From Antedon mediterranea (taxonomy: Eukaryota > Animalia > Echinodermata): 64,000 nucleotides of DNA. The position numbers and the translations under genes were made by a program. A model generated the notes under the pieces. The model did no database searches. It was not told the origin of the DNA and saw nothing but the letters and a program-made list of their open reading frames with translations. The DNA is taken from positions 16,030,912 to 16,094,911 of the forward strand of contig NC_092675.1 in NCBI RefSeq assembly GCF_964355755.1, given 5' to 3'. How positions within the stretch are numbered: position 1 is the first letter of the stretch; every line of letters begins with the position of its first letter. Positions 1 through 13,400 of this stretch are shown here, in pieces.

Positions 1-1719
1 AACCCCCTTAAAATAGTCCTGCGATCCGCCCCTGAGTATGATCAAAGATAGCTTAACTACGGTAATACTTCTATTGTTCCGTTTCTGTTTTAAAACTACA
101 GGCATGATATTCGATTTATAGGTATTTAGCACTTTTGCTCTTTCATTGCCTTATTTATTTCGTTTTATCTTTTTTTTGTATTGTACAGTATATGGCAAAA
201 ATTGAATAATTAAAATAAACTTCCCATATTTTAGACAATAATTTAAATAGGGCAAAAATAATTAATACCAATATACGTATGAAGCGTGTTAGAACTTAGC
301 AATACACTGCTTTATAAATGATTGCAATACTTTTTAAGACACACACATTCGCAGATTCATACGGACACTGTTTTTCTATTCATTTTTGTTGTTTATTCAA
401 AGTTTCACATTTTTAGGCAAAAAATAATTATGACTATTTAAAGTAGCCATTATTGATTAAAACTAGCCTAGGTCCAGGCCTAGACTAGGCCTACTTAATT
501 TTATTAAAGAAAGCGGGACCGAGTACGATTTTTATTTTGAATAAAAAAATACCTTGACGGTGCTTCCGATTCTGTTAACGGTGACGTGTATTCCATCGGT
601 CGTTGTAGTAGTGGCAATTAGAAGCAGCGAGATGGTTAAACTTCGAAAGTCTTGTAGGCCTACATCTTTCGACGCAGACGATCGACCATCTCTAGATTGG
701 GTAATCAACATCTTGGACATCTATAAAGAAAATGAGAAGAGAAATCCAACATGCCGGGGTATCAACGGGCCTTAGTTTTTTTTAATATAGTTTTTAATTA
801 TTATTAACATATAAACAGTATAAACAAAGTTTAGACATAATTATAATGTATGAATTTATAATATTCAATGATTTATAATAAAATAATAATATAGTAATAA
901 TGAAAAAAATTGATAATATACATAGTATTAAAATGGCAATTACCCGCACGAACATTAAGAATAAAATCCTTTTATCCATTTATTTCTTCCGCCAATTTAG
1001 GCCTATGTGTGTTTCTTTTTAAGTTCATTTTTCATTAAACATTTAAAATAAAATTACAAAAGAGACGAAGCTCACAAAACATTATTTAAAAAACGAACAT
1101 TTTAAGTTGCTATTGGTAAGTATAAGTATTGTAAAAAAGTAAGTATATACAATTTGTTAATTTTAAATTTTTCTTTGTAATGTATTTCAATATAAGACTT
1201 AACATAATATATATAAAAAAGTAATAAAAAAACTCTTTTATTTTTTTAAACACGGTTAGATGTCCTATAAATTTTAATTATGATTCTTTATTATAATTTT
1301 TATATTTCAATATATTGTATAAATGAAAAACATACAAAAAGATCTCCCGTTTATAAAAAAAATCATTTTTCTTATATCAATTATAATTATATTTTTTCTT
1401 TATTTTTAGGTTACCAATATACAGTCATATACATGCCATTTATTCACGACAATCATCCTTTAACCTTATTATAGGTAAATTGTTACTCTATTGTATTTAA
1501 GATTGTAATACTGTACATCGATCTAAGCTATATATTTTATTATTTTTATATTATTAAACGTTTTTCCTACTAAAATAAATCCTATTTATTATTGTATAAC
1601 TTAACTTGTTATTTTTTCTTTTCATGCAAACCTGAGAGATATATCATCATTATTATATTATATATCATAAACATATAGCTAACTAACAAAGTGTTCGTTG
1701 ATACTTGTCAAGTAAACTA

Positions 1720-4700
1720 CAATCAATAAGACCTCGATAATGTTGTCAACATAATATTAGGTTAATTATTAAGAGCAATCATAATTGTTATCTAAAACTC
1801 TATCCACCAAAATATTAAAAAACGTTACTATAGTTAAATTGATTTGTACAGTAATACAATAATTATTATTTGTGTGGTGACCTGTATATATACACGTTTA
1901 GCTAAAATTAATAAGTAATAAAGTGTTTATTTTTAAATTTTGCTTTCATTGATACTTGTCGGGAGAACTATACTATCAACAATCGACACCAAGCTGATGT
2001 TGTCAACATTTTAGGTAAAAAGAGTCACAATTGTTAACTACAGTACAACTCTATCCACAAAACTGTCATTGTTTTGTTTATTTTATAAATACTTTCTGGT
2101 GGCGACACGACATAATCAAGTCAATATCAACATTTTAGGTATGAACATTTAATCACGTTATACTACTCTAGTCTTCTAAGACAATCGAAATTGTTAGAGC
2201 CTTGATCGAGCTATTACACGTTCTGCCAAAATTGGTATTGTTTAATTTTCTTTCTCCTTCTTCTTTGTTTAAAACTTTGATCATTCTTTCTTTTCATTAA
2301 TTGGCGAGAGCACTATTACTACGACTTATCAACAAGAAGTCGACATGATGATGATGTTATCAACATTTTTCAACTTTTTGGACATTACATTTTTTTAAAA
2401 TAAATTCGAGTTTGAATTGTTTTGCATACAAATATCATTTTTGTAATAACTTTGTAATTCTATTTTTTCCTTTCATTTTCGAAAAGTACCACAACACCAA
2501 GAAGTTAATATTAAGATAATGTCTCCAAGATTTTAGGTAAAAACAACCACTGACAGTTGATGTTTGAAAATTCCATTTTAGCTTTTAAATTTTAAATTAA
2601 ACGTTTCTATATATAAATTTACGTAAGGGCAAAATTCGGTAAATCGCGCCTTACTTCTAGAATGTTTACTCGATGGTATATAAAGTTGGTTCGTACTTTC
2701 GATACTGATTTTAACCACCTGATGTAACCCTGTTTACTAATTAAATGGAGTTCGATAATTAGTTATTGACGATTAAAACGAATTTAGGTTCAACGATTTG
2801 CCCCAAATAGGGGTGTTTTCCAATCGTGGTATACACTGTCCAATGCATGTCTATCTTGAAAAATACCCGCATACAATAATACGAGGATGCTTCGCATTTT
2901 CCTATCTCCTCCTACGATAATTGTTTTTAATGGATGAAAACCGGTTGAACAGCTCGAGTACAGCATCATAATGTTGAAGACAGACCTATTTTCTTAAAAA
3001 CATACTATTTTGATAGATTTAATATACATTTATACAAATGTATTGATTTCCGATGAATGGAACATTCCAATAATAACTCTTTGCTTTAACACAAGTACCA
3101 CCAGCTGTAGGTAAATTTATTGGCCCTTGGGGAATTAACCTAAAACCTATATATAGATATACTGTAGTATTGCAATAAATACGTATTAACATTTGTGGTC
3201 GCCATTGAATTTACTGTGAGTGTGGGTACTGTTAGATGTATAACACAATCATGTACAAATAAACGTATTACTGTGAGTGTAGGCCCTCCCTACTGTTATA
3301 TAGAACGTACAATATACAAATAAACTGTAGTACAAGTGGTATATTATTTATAGGCCTGTGAGTAGGCCCTACTGTTATAAAAAACGTACAATATACAGAT
3401 AAACTGTACTACTGACAGTTGCTTCTCAACGTTTGTATTAATTAATAATTACAAAGAATATAAACGTTGTAGTGGTACGTGTATCGTTACATGCACTACC
3501 GTATTCTATTTCAATCGACTATGACAGTGACAGTTTTAACAATAAAGTATTAAGTCGCAAATGTGTTACTGTATCAAGTGGTATATTATTTATAGGCCTG
3601 TGAGTAGGCCCTACTGTTATAAAAAACGTACAATATACAGATAAACTGTACTACTGACAGTTGCTTCTCAATGTTTGTATTAATTAATAATTACAACGAA
3701 TATAAACGTTGTAGTGGTACGTGTATCGTTACATGTACATGCTATTTCAATCGGCTATGACAGTGACAGTTTTAACAAAGTATTAAATCGCAAATGTGTT
3801 ACTGTATCAAGTGGTATATTATTTATAGGCCTATCAAACATGAAAAACATATTTCGTTACTGAGTAGATAAAGAATATATTAAAACATTGTTCTTCTTTG
3901 TACCCATATCCTCTTCCCCATCCCTCAACCCTAATGTTACACACAAAACACAAATTGGGTTTGTTTAAATGAGTCCAAATAACAAATTTGGACTCATTTT
4001 GTGACAAGTTTCTCTTTCGGAAGTAATTCCCAGTGTGCTAATTTCAGTTTAATACATAAATCATCGTGTCTATTTATTCGTTTCTGTAAACAATAATAAC
4101 TATTATCATCCTGCAGTACGTACATTAAAAAAAAAGCATTTTTTTACGCTGAAATTACTGTATTCGAGAACCATCTGTGGGCACGACCTAGATGGTACGC
4201 GAGCGAAGCGAAGCTATATTATTTATAGGCCTGTGAGTAGGCCCTACTGTTATAAAAAACGTACAATATACAGATAAACTGTACTACTGACAGTTGCTTC
4301 TCAATGTTTGTATTAATTAATAATTACAAAGAATATAAACGTTGTAGTGGTACGTGTATCGTTACATGTACATGCTATTTCAATCGACTATGACAGTGAC
4401 AGTTTTAACAAAGTATTAAATCGCAAATGTGTTACTGTATCAAGTGGTATATTATTTATAGGCCTATCAAACATGAAAAACATATTTCGTTACTGAGTAG
4501 ATAAAGAATATATTAAAACATTGTTCTTCTTTGTACCCATATCCTCTTCCCCATCCCTCAACCCTAATGTTACACACAAAACACAAATTGGGTTTGTTTA
4601 AATGAGTCCAAATAACAAATTTGGACTCATTTTGTGACAAGTTTCTCTTTCGGAAGTAATTCCCAGTGTGCTAATTTCAGTTTAATACATAAATCATCGT

Positions 4701-5260
4701 GTCTATTTATTCGTTTCTGTAAACAATAATAACTATTATCATCCTGCAGTACGTACATTAAAAAAAAGCATTTTTTTACGCTGAAATTACTGTGTATTCG
4801 AGAACCATCTGTGGGCACGACCTAGATGGTACGCGAGCGAAGCTTGTTTTGAAATTCTTTTTTCTTTTCATAAATACGCAAACCAACGCATCACCAAGAA
4901 TGTTAAGATGATGTTTTAATATTTTAGGTACAACAACCAATCACAGTTAAATTCGAGTCTAGCTTGTGAAATTTTTACCATACAAATATTTGTTTTGATT
5001 ATACTATATAAATATTTTTTATTTTTATATGCTGGAACCTACCCAAGAAGTTAATACCAAGATGATGTTCTCAACATATTAGTTTAGGTAAAAAGAGTCA
5101 ACCTGATATGACCACAGTTGTTACTTTAAAGTTGAATCTACCTTGCTTTCAGATATGACATTTATTTTATCTGTCTTTTCTTTTCATGAATACGTTTTGA
5201 TGGAACTATCTCAAAACTCATCAAGTTACTGCATATATTATCAAAAAGGATGTTCTTATT
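1720..5260 (+). repeat. Degenerate array of about 8 exon-like units ending in GATGTT.TCAACATTTTAG|GTAAA, interrupted by a Helitron-like insertion
   Basis: Core motif recurs near 1737, 1996, 2119, 2350, 2516, 4907 and 5061, usually preceded by a TTTCTTTTCA pyrimidine tract. Confidence 0.5.
2606..4846 (+). mobile_element. Non-autonomous Helitron-like element with internal tandem duplications
   Basis: Starts TCTATATATAAA; ends with an ACCATCT...AGATGGT hairpin followed by GCGAGCGAAGCTTG. No TIR or TSD seen. ~630 bp (about 3582-4212) is repeated at about 4215-4843, and a ~245-bp subunit occurs three times. Confidence 0.55.
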
Positions 5261-6709
5261 TTGTACATGACAAACTTTTTTATTCTTTTTTTAAATGACA
5301 ATCGATCCAAGCAAAATCTATTCTGGATGCACCAGAACATGTACAATCAAGCATAATCAAGAGCACATTTAATTATCTATAACATTTGAATGTGTTCATC
5401 TAGATGGTCTCTGTAACAGAATGAAAGATGATAATTCAGAATCGTGGTTATTTTAGCTAGTAATGCCTTAACTGATTGACTAATTTAAACAATTTAAAAT
5501 TAGGTCGTGGCCGAGTTAACCATCTCTCAACATGCGGCCTGGGTATGACTGGTATAAATGGTATTCATGAATACAATAATAACGTAATTTAACACTGTAT
5601 GTTATTGACAATCTAATAGATCTCAGATAACTAAAAAATAAAATTAAATAATAGTTTTAATTAATATTACTACAATGTGTTGCTATGAATAAGGAACTTA
5701 CTTATGTTATTAAACTTAGGCCTTGTTAATTTATACAAGAATATAAATCTAACACTATCATTACTACTAAGATCTGCCGTTTATAGTAGTTTAATATTTT
5801 AAATAATAACAATAATAATGTTTGTTGGGCAATTTTTGTACTTGTTTAAAAATGCTCTTACTCTATTATTAATTATATTGCTGCTATTACAAATAAATCA
5901 ATTTTATAAATAAATTTACTTAATTCATTAAAAAAATAAAATGAAACGCACGCTTATAATTTGTAAATCACTTTAAAGTGCATTAAAATATATATAACAC
6001 CTACTATAGTGTTAGTAGAGCGATTCGCAGTATTATATCATGAGGACTAGAATCTTCCACAATTGTTTGTTGTTAATGATTTTTCATTCGTGCAACACCC
6101 CAACAATTCCGAAATTCCTTCTCGGAAATCCGGCAACTTTCGCAAATAATAATAGTTTAGCAATCATTGCAACGTAATGTAGAAAACCAAACATGACACC
6201 ATACAACGATCCTCTTCCTCAAAGCCATAGTACATTGTGAACATAATTCGAAAAGATTCATTTACCCACCGCAACCAGCAAATAGCGTAAACCACCACTA
6301 TTAAAACATACACCCGAACACAAGTTTTATAAATTTATAGTTACCTTCTCGGTTCAATTTAGCGGCCATTCGTTTATTTTATGTAAATATAATATTGAAA
6401 AGTAAAGTATTAAAATCTCAATCATTATTACTACCACAGGGGGTAAAATAACAATAATTTATTTTCTATACCTCCCTGATTACAGTATATACAATGAAAT
6501 AGGATCAACTTTTTAATTTAGTGCCAGAAAAAACATTTAGTATGAAATTAAGGGTGTTGTCTGGGCAACTAGGTTTACACCCCTGGGTCCACCCCCTGTC
6601 AATGATTCTTTTTATTGATATTCTAGTTAATAATTTTAGAAATAATGATTTTTTATTAATTATTTTTGCTTAACAATCAGTAGTAAAACGTTTGTGTAAC
6701 GTAAATATA

Positions 6710-7212
6710 GTCTGACTGGCAGACGACAATTTAAATACAAAAGTAACAAGTAGGTAACAAATCTCCTATACAAAATGTTTTTTTCATTCGATTTTTGTCC
6801 ACTTTTTTATTTCATCTCTAATGTATCAAATAATTAATACACCACGTAAAACACCTAAAATAATAGTTTGGCATTTTATACTTTCGTTTATGTGTTTGTG
6901 CGCACATCTAATTCACACAGCACAATTTCTCTTTAGCGTCTTTTATTATTTGTCTGAACAGTCAAAAGTAAAGTCTAAAGTTCCATATCCACTATTACTT
7001 TAATTTGTAAGCCTACATATATATTTTAAAGTGAAGGGATAGTGTATAACAAATCAATGGACGTAAATATAGTAGTTCCGTATTTCATTAGTGATACAAT
7101 TTGTCATAGTACGTTTATCATCAGAGTGCGCTTTTATTATACTTGCCCATGCAAAGTATATAACCACATATTATGGCAGAAAAAGACAATGCGGAGCATG
7201 GGTTACTGCTAG
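6710..7212 (+). mobile_element. Helitron-like family 2, 3' part
   Basis: Reverse-complement match to 36517-36960; ends GCGGAGCATGGGTTACTGCTAG (CTAG 3' end). Confidence 0.55.
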
Positions 7213-7449
7213 TGTATCATAAATACCAGAACTGGGTCATCATGTTCCAAACGCGCGCTCGTGTGTGTGTTCATGTGACTTTTTTTTTGGCCAATCATGG
7301 CACGTATGGTACCTAGTGTATTTAATTTTACTTAACAATAAACTATATTTCGAATAGAAAGTGAAAAAGTATAATACAACATTGTAATATGTTTTTCTTT
7401 TTTGTAAAAAGTTTATGAATATATAAAAAATATATTAGTATTTATATAA

Positions 7450-10400
7450 TCAGAATTTGAAATACATGCCATCTTTAACACCAAGTTGTTTTATATATTT
7501 TATCATGTCTTTATCAAATGACTTAGTTCCACAAATCAGAAAGTGTGCTTTTGTTGGTGGTACAATCAATTCTTTTTCCAGTAGAGATTTAGTAAGCCGT
7601 GTATACTTAAGCTTCTCATTATACTTGCCAGTTACTTCTTCTTTTCTTTCCTAAAAAATAAATTATAATCATGTTACATAAAATAAATTATTTTATTTGG
7701 TGTAACATACAATATAAAAGGATTCTCAATTCTTGGTTTAAATTTAATTAAAATTTGTAACGGAACAGTACTTCTAATTGGTCTTTTAAAAGCAGTCATG
7801 TTCTACCATTCAAGGTTAAGTCAAAACACCATTAGATTTAAAAAGTTCTCCTATCTATCTAAATATTTATTTTTACTATTAGGAATTGAATGCATTACAA
7901 GTGAATATAAAAATAACACATTTATGAATGGTCCTTCTCCTAAAACAAAAAATGGCTAGAAGAAGAGTATCTGGGTTTGGAAGACTTAAGCTTTGTCTAC
8001 ATTATCAAATTTTATGTGAAAAAAAATGTGATGTACTCATATATGAACATGTCACAGTCATATCACTACCACATTTGGGCACATCACACTTTTTGTCAAA
8101 CTAGTTTGATAGTGTAGACAGAGCTTTACATATTAAGTGTATTGCAAAAAACGCATACCTTACTTATTACATACAAGATGTTAATGTTCCAATATGAAGA
8201 TAGCTCATCTAGCAATGGCTTCATAAGTAAATCTTGATAATTTCTACAAGCATAGATAAGCTGGATGACTGTGTCATCTTCATCGTTGCTAACTACATGT
8301 TGCATAACCTGCAGCATTGGGGCTAGTCCAGTACCAGCAGCGAGTAGTACTAAGTGTGAATACTTAAAAGTAAACAGTAAAAATCTGTAATGAATGTGCA
8401 ATTAAAACATTGTGCAATACACGGCTGCTGGCTGGCCACTATCTTTTCAAATGGTCTAGACCCTCATCTACCATTTGACATTGATCAAATATGGAATCAG
8501 TGGATTGATTAAATTAAGTTTACTTTAGAACAATAGGTGTATTATAAACTTTATTCTTTGAATGGGAAAATATTCTCCCCATCTAACTCATAAACATTCA
8601 TTACTAAACTACTGAATTTATTTAGGAGGAAAAAATTTAGAATTTTTGTTTGTATAATACACCAAAATATATAAAATAGTATCATTTCATTTATTTATAG
8701 TACAAAAACATGAAAAAATAAAGAACATAAAGTCATATAGGTCTAATATATTATACTTAATTATCCTTTTTTTGGTAAAAGTGAACTACTATGCGACATT
8801 AATTATGGGACTAGATAAAGTGACATAAAAATGGTATAATCAACAAAAACAATTTAAACAAAATTATTTTTTCAGGGACACTATATCTTTAAGAATTGTG
8901 GCAATTGTATGTATGTGCATACAAGGGTATTTAAATTATTTACAATTATAAATCAGCTATAAAACTGAAAAATAAGGTCAAATTGAAGTCAAACACTTCA
9001 ACACCTTCATAAATAACACTATATCAATTATATAGTAATATATTATTCAAATAAATAGGTCAAAACCTACTGTTTAATGAGCAATGAAAAACAATTAAAA
9101 CATTCCATTGATAGCTTAGGTGTTAGTAATGTTTCAATTTGCAATATCATTCAACATAAGTCATAGAAACATTTTGTGTTATGTTAATATAGAATATGAA
9201 ATACAAATGTTGGGTTTGCTGTAAACAGTAAGGTAAAACAAAATTTACACTAATACGTTTCCATTTATAATATCTTATTAAGTTGTATAAAACTTGTGAT
9301 ATTGATTGATAAAATGGCACCTCCCACTAGTCTAGTTGACTCGGAAATTACACTTCCATGTATTGTGCGCATTAATCAGCAGAACGTAATAATTGTTGCG
9401 TATGTTAGAGATTCACGTTCATAGGAACCTTCACACAGAGTCATTATTTTATTTTCAAAAAATTGCTGAAGAGACATGACCGTTATATTTAGCCTGTATA
9501 GCCCATCTGGTACAGGAGTATGAATAAAAATATCAGCTTAAACAAACAGAATGAGAGCAATAAATTGAAGGGTTGCCCACTGTTATTATCCAACGGCTGA
9601 AGTGGGGTACTGTACACATCCCAACATACGTTCAAGGCAAAGTCTTGATGGGGTACACAGGGGCATGCTATATAATAAATACTTTACATAAATACTGATA
9701 CAATATTTTTTACCTGGTTATGAGAATATTTGAAGTTTCCATAGGGACCACACCATTCCATTACTTGTCCTACCTCCCACTGTTTTATGTACTGCGACAT
9801 TGGACCATCTGCATAAATCTATTCAAAATAGTAATTAAATATAAATAGGCCTTCAATGTATAAGTAACAGTAATTGCCATAAATTCATAAGTCACAAATT
9901 AAAGATGTATTGTCCCACAAAAACAAAAAAATGAAGATTAATTAAATCAGACTTATTATTATTATTTTGTAATTTTAATAAAGTTAATCACTTAAAAAAA
10001 AAGAATTCATTTATAAAATGACAAAATAAATGGTTAAATTCAACCAAAAACCCATTGGCTGGCAGCCAATTTGACAATTTTTTGCTTTAAATTAGTCTTT
10101 TTCAGGTAAATACATTTCTTTTCATCCAATTTTTGGTAAAAGTGGATAACTATTATGTTACATTAAAATAGCATATTCAACAAAAATGTTGTTAAGAATT
10201 ATTTTTTCAGGGGACAATACATGTTTAAAGCAAGTGATAAAATAATGAAAAGTTAAGACCTGAATATATTTACCGTTTCAATTTTATCAAAACGTATATT
10301 GCTATGCATTTTAACTCAGTTTTAACAAAAGAATAGTGTTTTCAGTTATAAGTAGCATTCATTCATGGTCAAACACAATAAAATATGTACATGGTTTTAA

Positions 10401-13400
10401 AATTATGTTTGTTTGTTCAAAGTTAAAAATTCACATAAAAATATAAAAATGAGTTAAAAAGGTTAAAATTTGGTAAAATACAGATAAAACACATCACTAG
10501 ATCACGCCGATTATCCACCGTTCAAATGCCACATGCACGTCATCATGACGTCATCAAAATGAAACAGGTAGATAGAAATTTTGAAAGTGAATTATCTGAG
10601 CAACAACATGTTAACGTGTTGAAGAAATTTGTATACATAGAATATAGATGTGCACTCTTTACGCTTTTGAACACGATGACATCATCAAAATTTTTAAAAT
10701 GGTAAATCATTGGAAAGGTAATTGATTGACCTAGACAATACAATACGGATAAGTGGAGATGCGCTCTATTAAATGTGATGAACTATGACGAAAGAGACAA
10801 AAATCCTATATTATTATATTCGAGTCACCATACGATGACGTCACAATGTCAGGTTAGCCATATTAATGTATGATCTGATATCTACAACTCATCAACCTCC
10901 AGAATATGTAATAAAAATAAACTGTTTAAAAAAGGCATAATTTGGACGAATTTTGAACTTTTTCATCAAAAACGCCCGCAAATTGTCCAATTCTATGTGC
11001 TCGTATGATTTTAAATCGAAATTGTTTAAAAGTTGGTAAAAATACTAGAAAAGGTTGGAAAAAACATAATTAACAAGAAAAAAAGATATTTTTAGCACTA
11101 CATGCGCACCGTGCACGTAAAAATTTGCACACACATTAAAATTGTTACATGCTAATAATGACATGAAACGCGATGAAAGTTGATTGGAAATTGATTTTTC
11201 GCAATATAAACTTTAAACGTGCGTGTGCATAAAAGTTCTCACACGGTTGAATGTCACATCATTGAGGTTGGCTGGACATCTACGCTTCAATGTCAATCTT
11301 TTTATAAAAAATCGTGGAAAGAAGAATAACAAGGAAGATGAAAAAAAAAGATCCTGACAATCACAAGGGATCCGCAACAAAAGTTGCGGATAACCAATTT
11401 GAAATACAGATAAAATACATCGTTCAAAATACAAGCAAGATTGGTGTGTGAAAAGGGTATAGCATAAAATGATCAACGTTTCCAATGTGCATTGAATTGC
11501 CTCATTGCATAAACTCCAGTCTACTCTAGAACAAAATCACATGACCTCGCTCCCTATACTAAAGTACAATATAAAAAAGATGATATTTGAAACATATTGC
11601 TAGCTTATACGAGCATTAAAATTATTGTTACCTATTGCCTGCATATTATGCTTACATTATATTTTAGATTTAACGCCTAAGACGCATGACCCCTCCAATT
11701 GTGGACCAGTCCACTCCTCATCCAATCGGTGTACACACACTGTACAGCCTAGATGGACGCCGAAGTCAGCCATCAGGAGCGAGATCTCTGAAATCTGATG
11801 GTGGTCCAAATTGGAGGGGTACACTGCATCATGGAGTATTTCGCATTACTTCTAAAATTTTTAACTCCCTCTATGATTGCATTTTATTTCTATGATATGT
11901 TTTTATTATGCTTGATCTCAATTTTCACTATTTTTTTATTTATTTATTTTTTTCTGTCTATCAAAATGTCATTTTTTTGTAATTGTAATGCGTCCATCTA
12001 TGTTTTATGTTTTATGCTTAGGGACTACAAAGACAAGTCACTTTGGCTTCTGTGTGTCTTGACAATAAACAATGTAAACTGTCTGTTGATGTTGAATAAA
12101 TGTTGTTATTAATACTAAATAATAAAGACAATTGGTAATGGTGGAGAGGGTGATACTTATCCGACAAAACTTATTTTTTACATATGGCATTGTTAAAAAT
12201 ATCTTTAGCGTTCTTACCATCTTTAGTTCCTATTATTCTGTAAGCTGTTTTACTGATTTTCTCTACTGTCTTCATACTTTGTTTATCAAGGCTATAAAAC
12301 CAAGCTATTGCACAAAATGCACAAACTACTGATTTATAAAGTATTAGCAAAATTAAGATGAGCAAGCAAGTTATGTATTAATGGAGTAACGGCATCATCT
12401 ACACCCCTATGTGAACGATATGCAAATTGATATGAATCTAATTTATCACCAACATCATTAAGGATTTCACTTTTAACAATTTTCTCATTACATAGGTCTA
12501 TAGTCATTTAGCGTTTTAGGATTACTACTTTTTTCCAGTGGACGCATCAGTGAGTGTTTCCAAATACTGTAGTAGGTACCATGTAATCTTAGTGACCAGT
12601 TATATAAAATAGCAAAAACATGAGATAATTGCACATTACATTCCTTACTTCACCACTGACTTCATCTGGGCCTTCTGCTTTTCTTGGATTTACTTTTTCT
12701 TAAAACACATTCAACATGGTTGTTGATGTAGGAACAAACGCCTCCTCCCCCATCTTTGCATGCATTCACTGTCCTGTCTGCTCTCCTCCCCCATCTTTGC
12801 ATGCATTCACTGTCCTGTCTGCTCTCCTCCCCCATCTTTGCATGCATTCACTGTCCTGTCTGCTCTCCTCCCCCATCTTTGCATGCATTCACTGTCCTGT
12901 CTGCTCTCCTCCCCCATCTTTGCATGCATTCACTGTCCTGTCTGCTCTCCTCCCCCATCTTTGCATGCATTCACTGTCCTGTCTGCTCTCCTCCCCCATC
13001 TTTGCATGCATTCACTGTCCTGTCTGCTCTCCTCCCCCATCTTTGCATGCATTCACTGTCCTGTCTGCTCTCCTCCCCCATCTTTGCATGCATTCACTGT
13101 CCTGTCTGCTCTCCTCCCCCATCTTTGCATGCATTCACTGTCCTGTCTGCTCTCCTCCCCCATCTTTGCATGCATTCACTGTCCTGTCTGCTCGTATACA
13201 TGTGAATCCGTCAATGTGGCTAAAACTTTCAGTGTCAGTTTTAAACCATGAATATTTGTGTTCATTGCTCTCTGATCATTTACCTATACAGCACTTATTT
13301 ATATTCATGCTGCAAGTGATCAGATATGACTGACTGACCTTGTCAAGCAACAAATCCAACTTTTTTCATATATGTGTAGACAGTCCCACCCTTTCCACTT

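Noticed and set aside
794-1474. Short hydrophobic ORFs in the ORF track (here and most other 60-110 aa ORFs outside the listed exons)
   Set aside because: Composition reflects AT-rich non-coding DNA; no recognisable domain or exon phase support.
12716-13333. Three long overlapping Cys/His-rich ORFs
   Set aside because: They are by-products of a stop-free 41-bp minisatellite.
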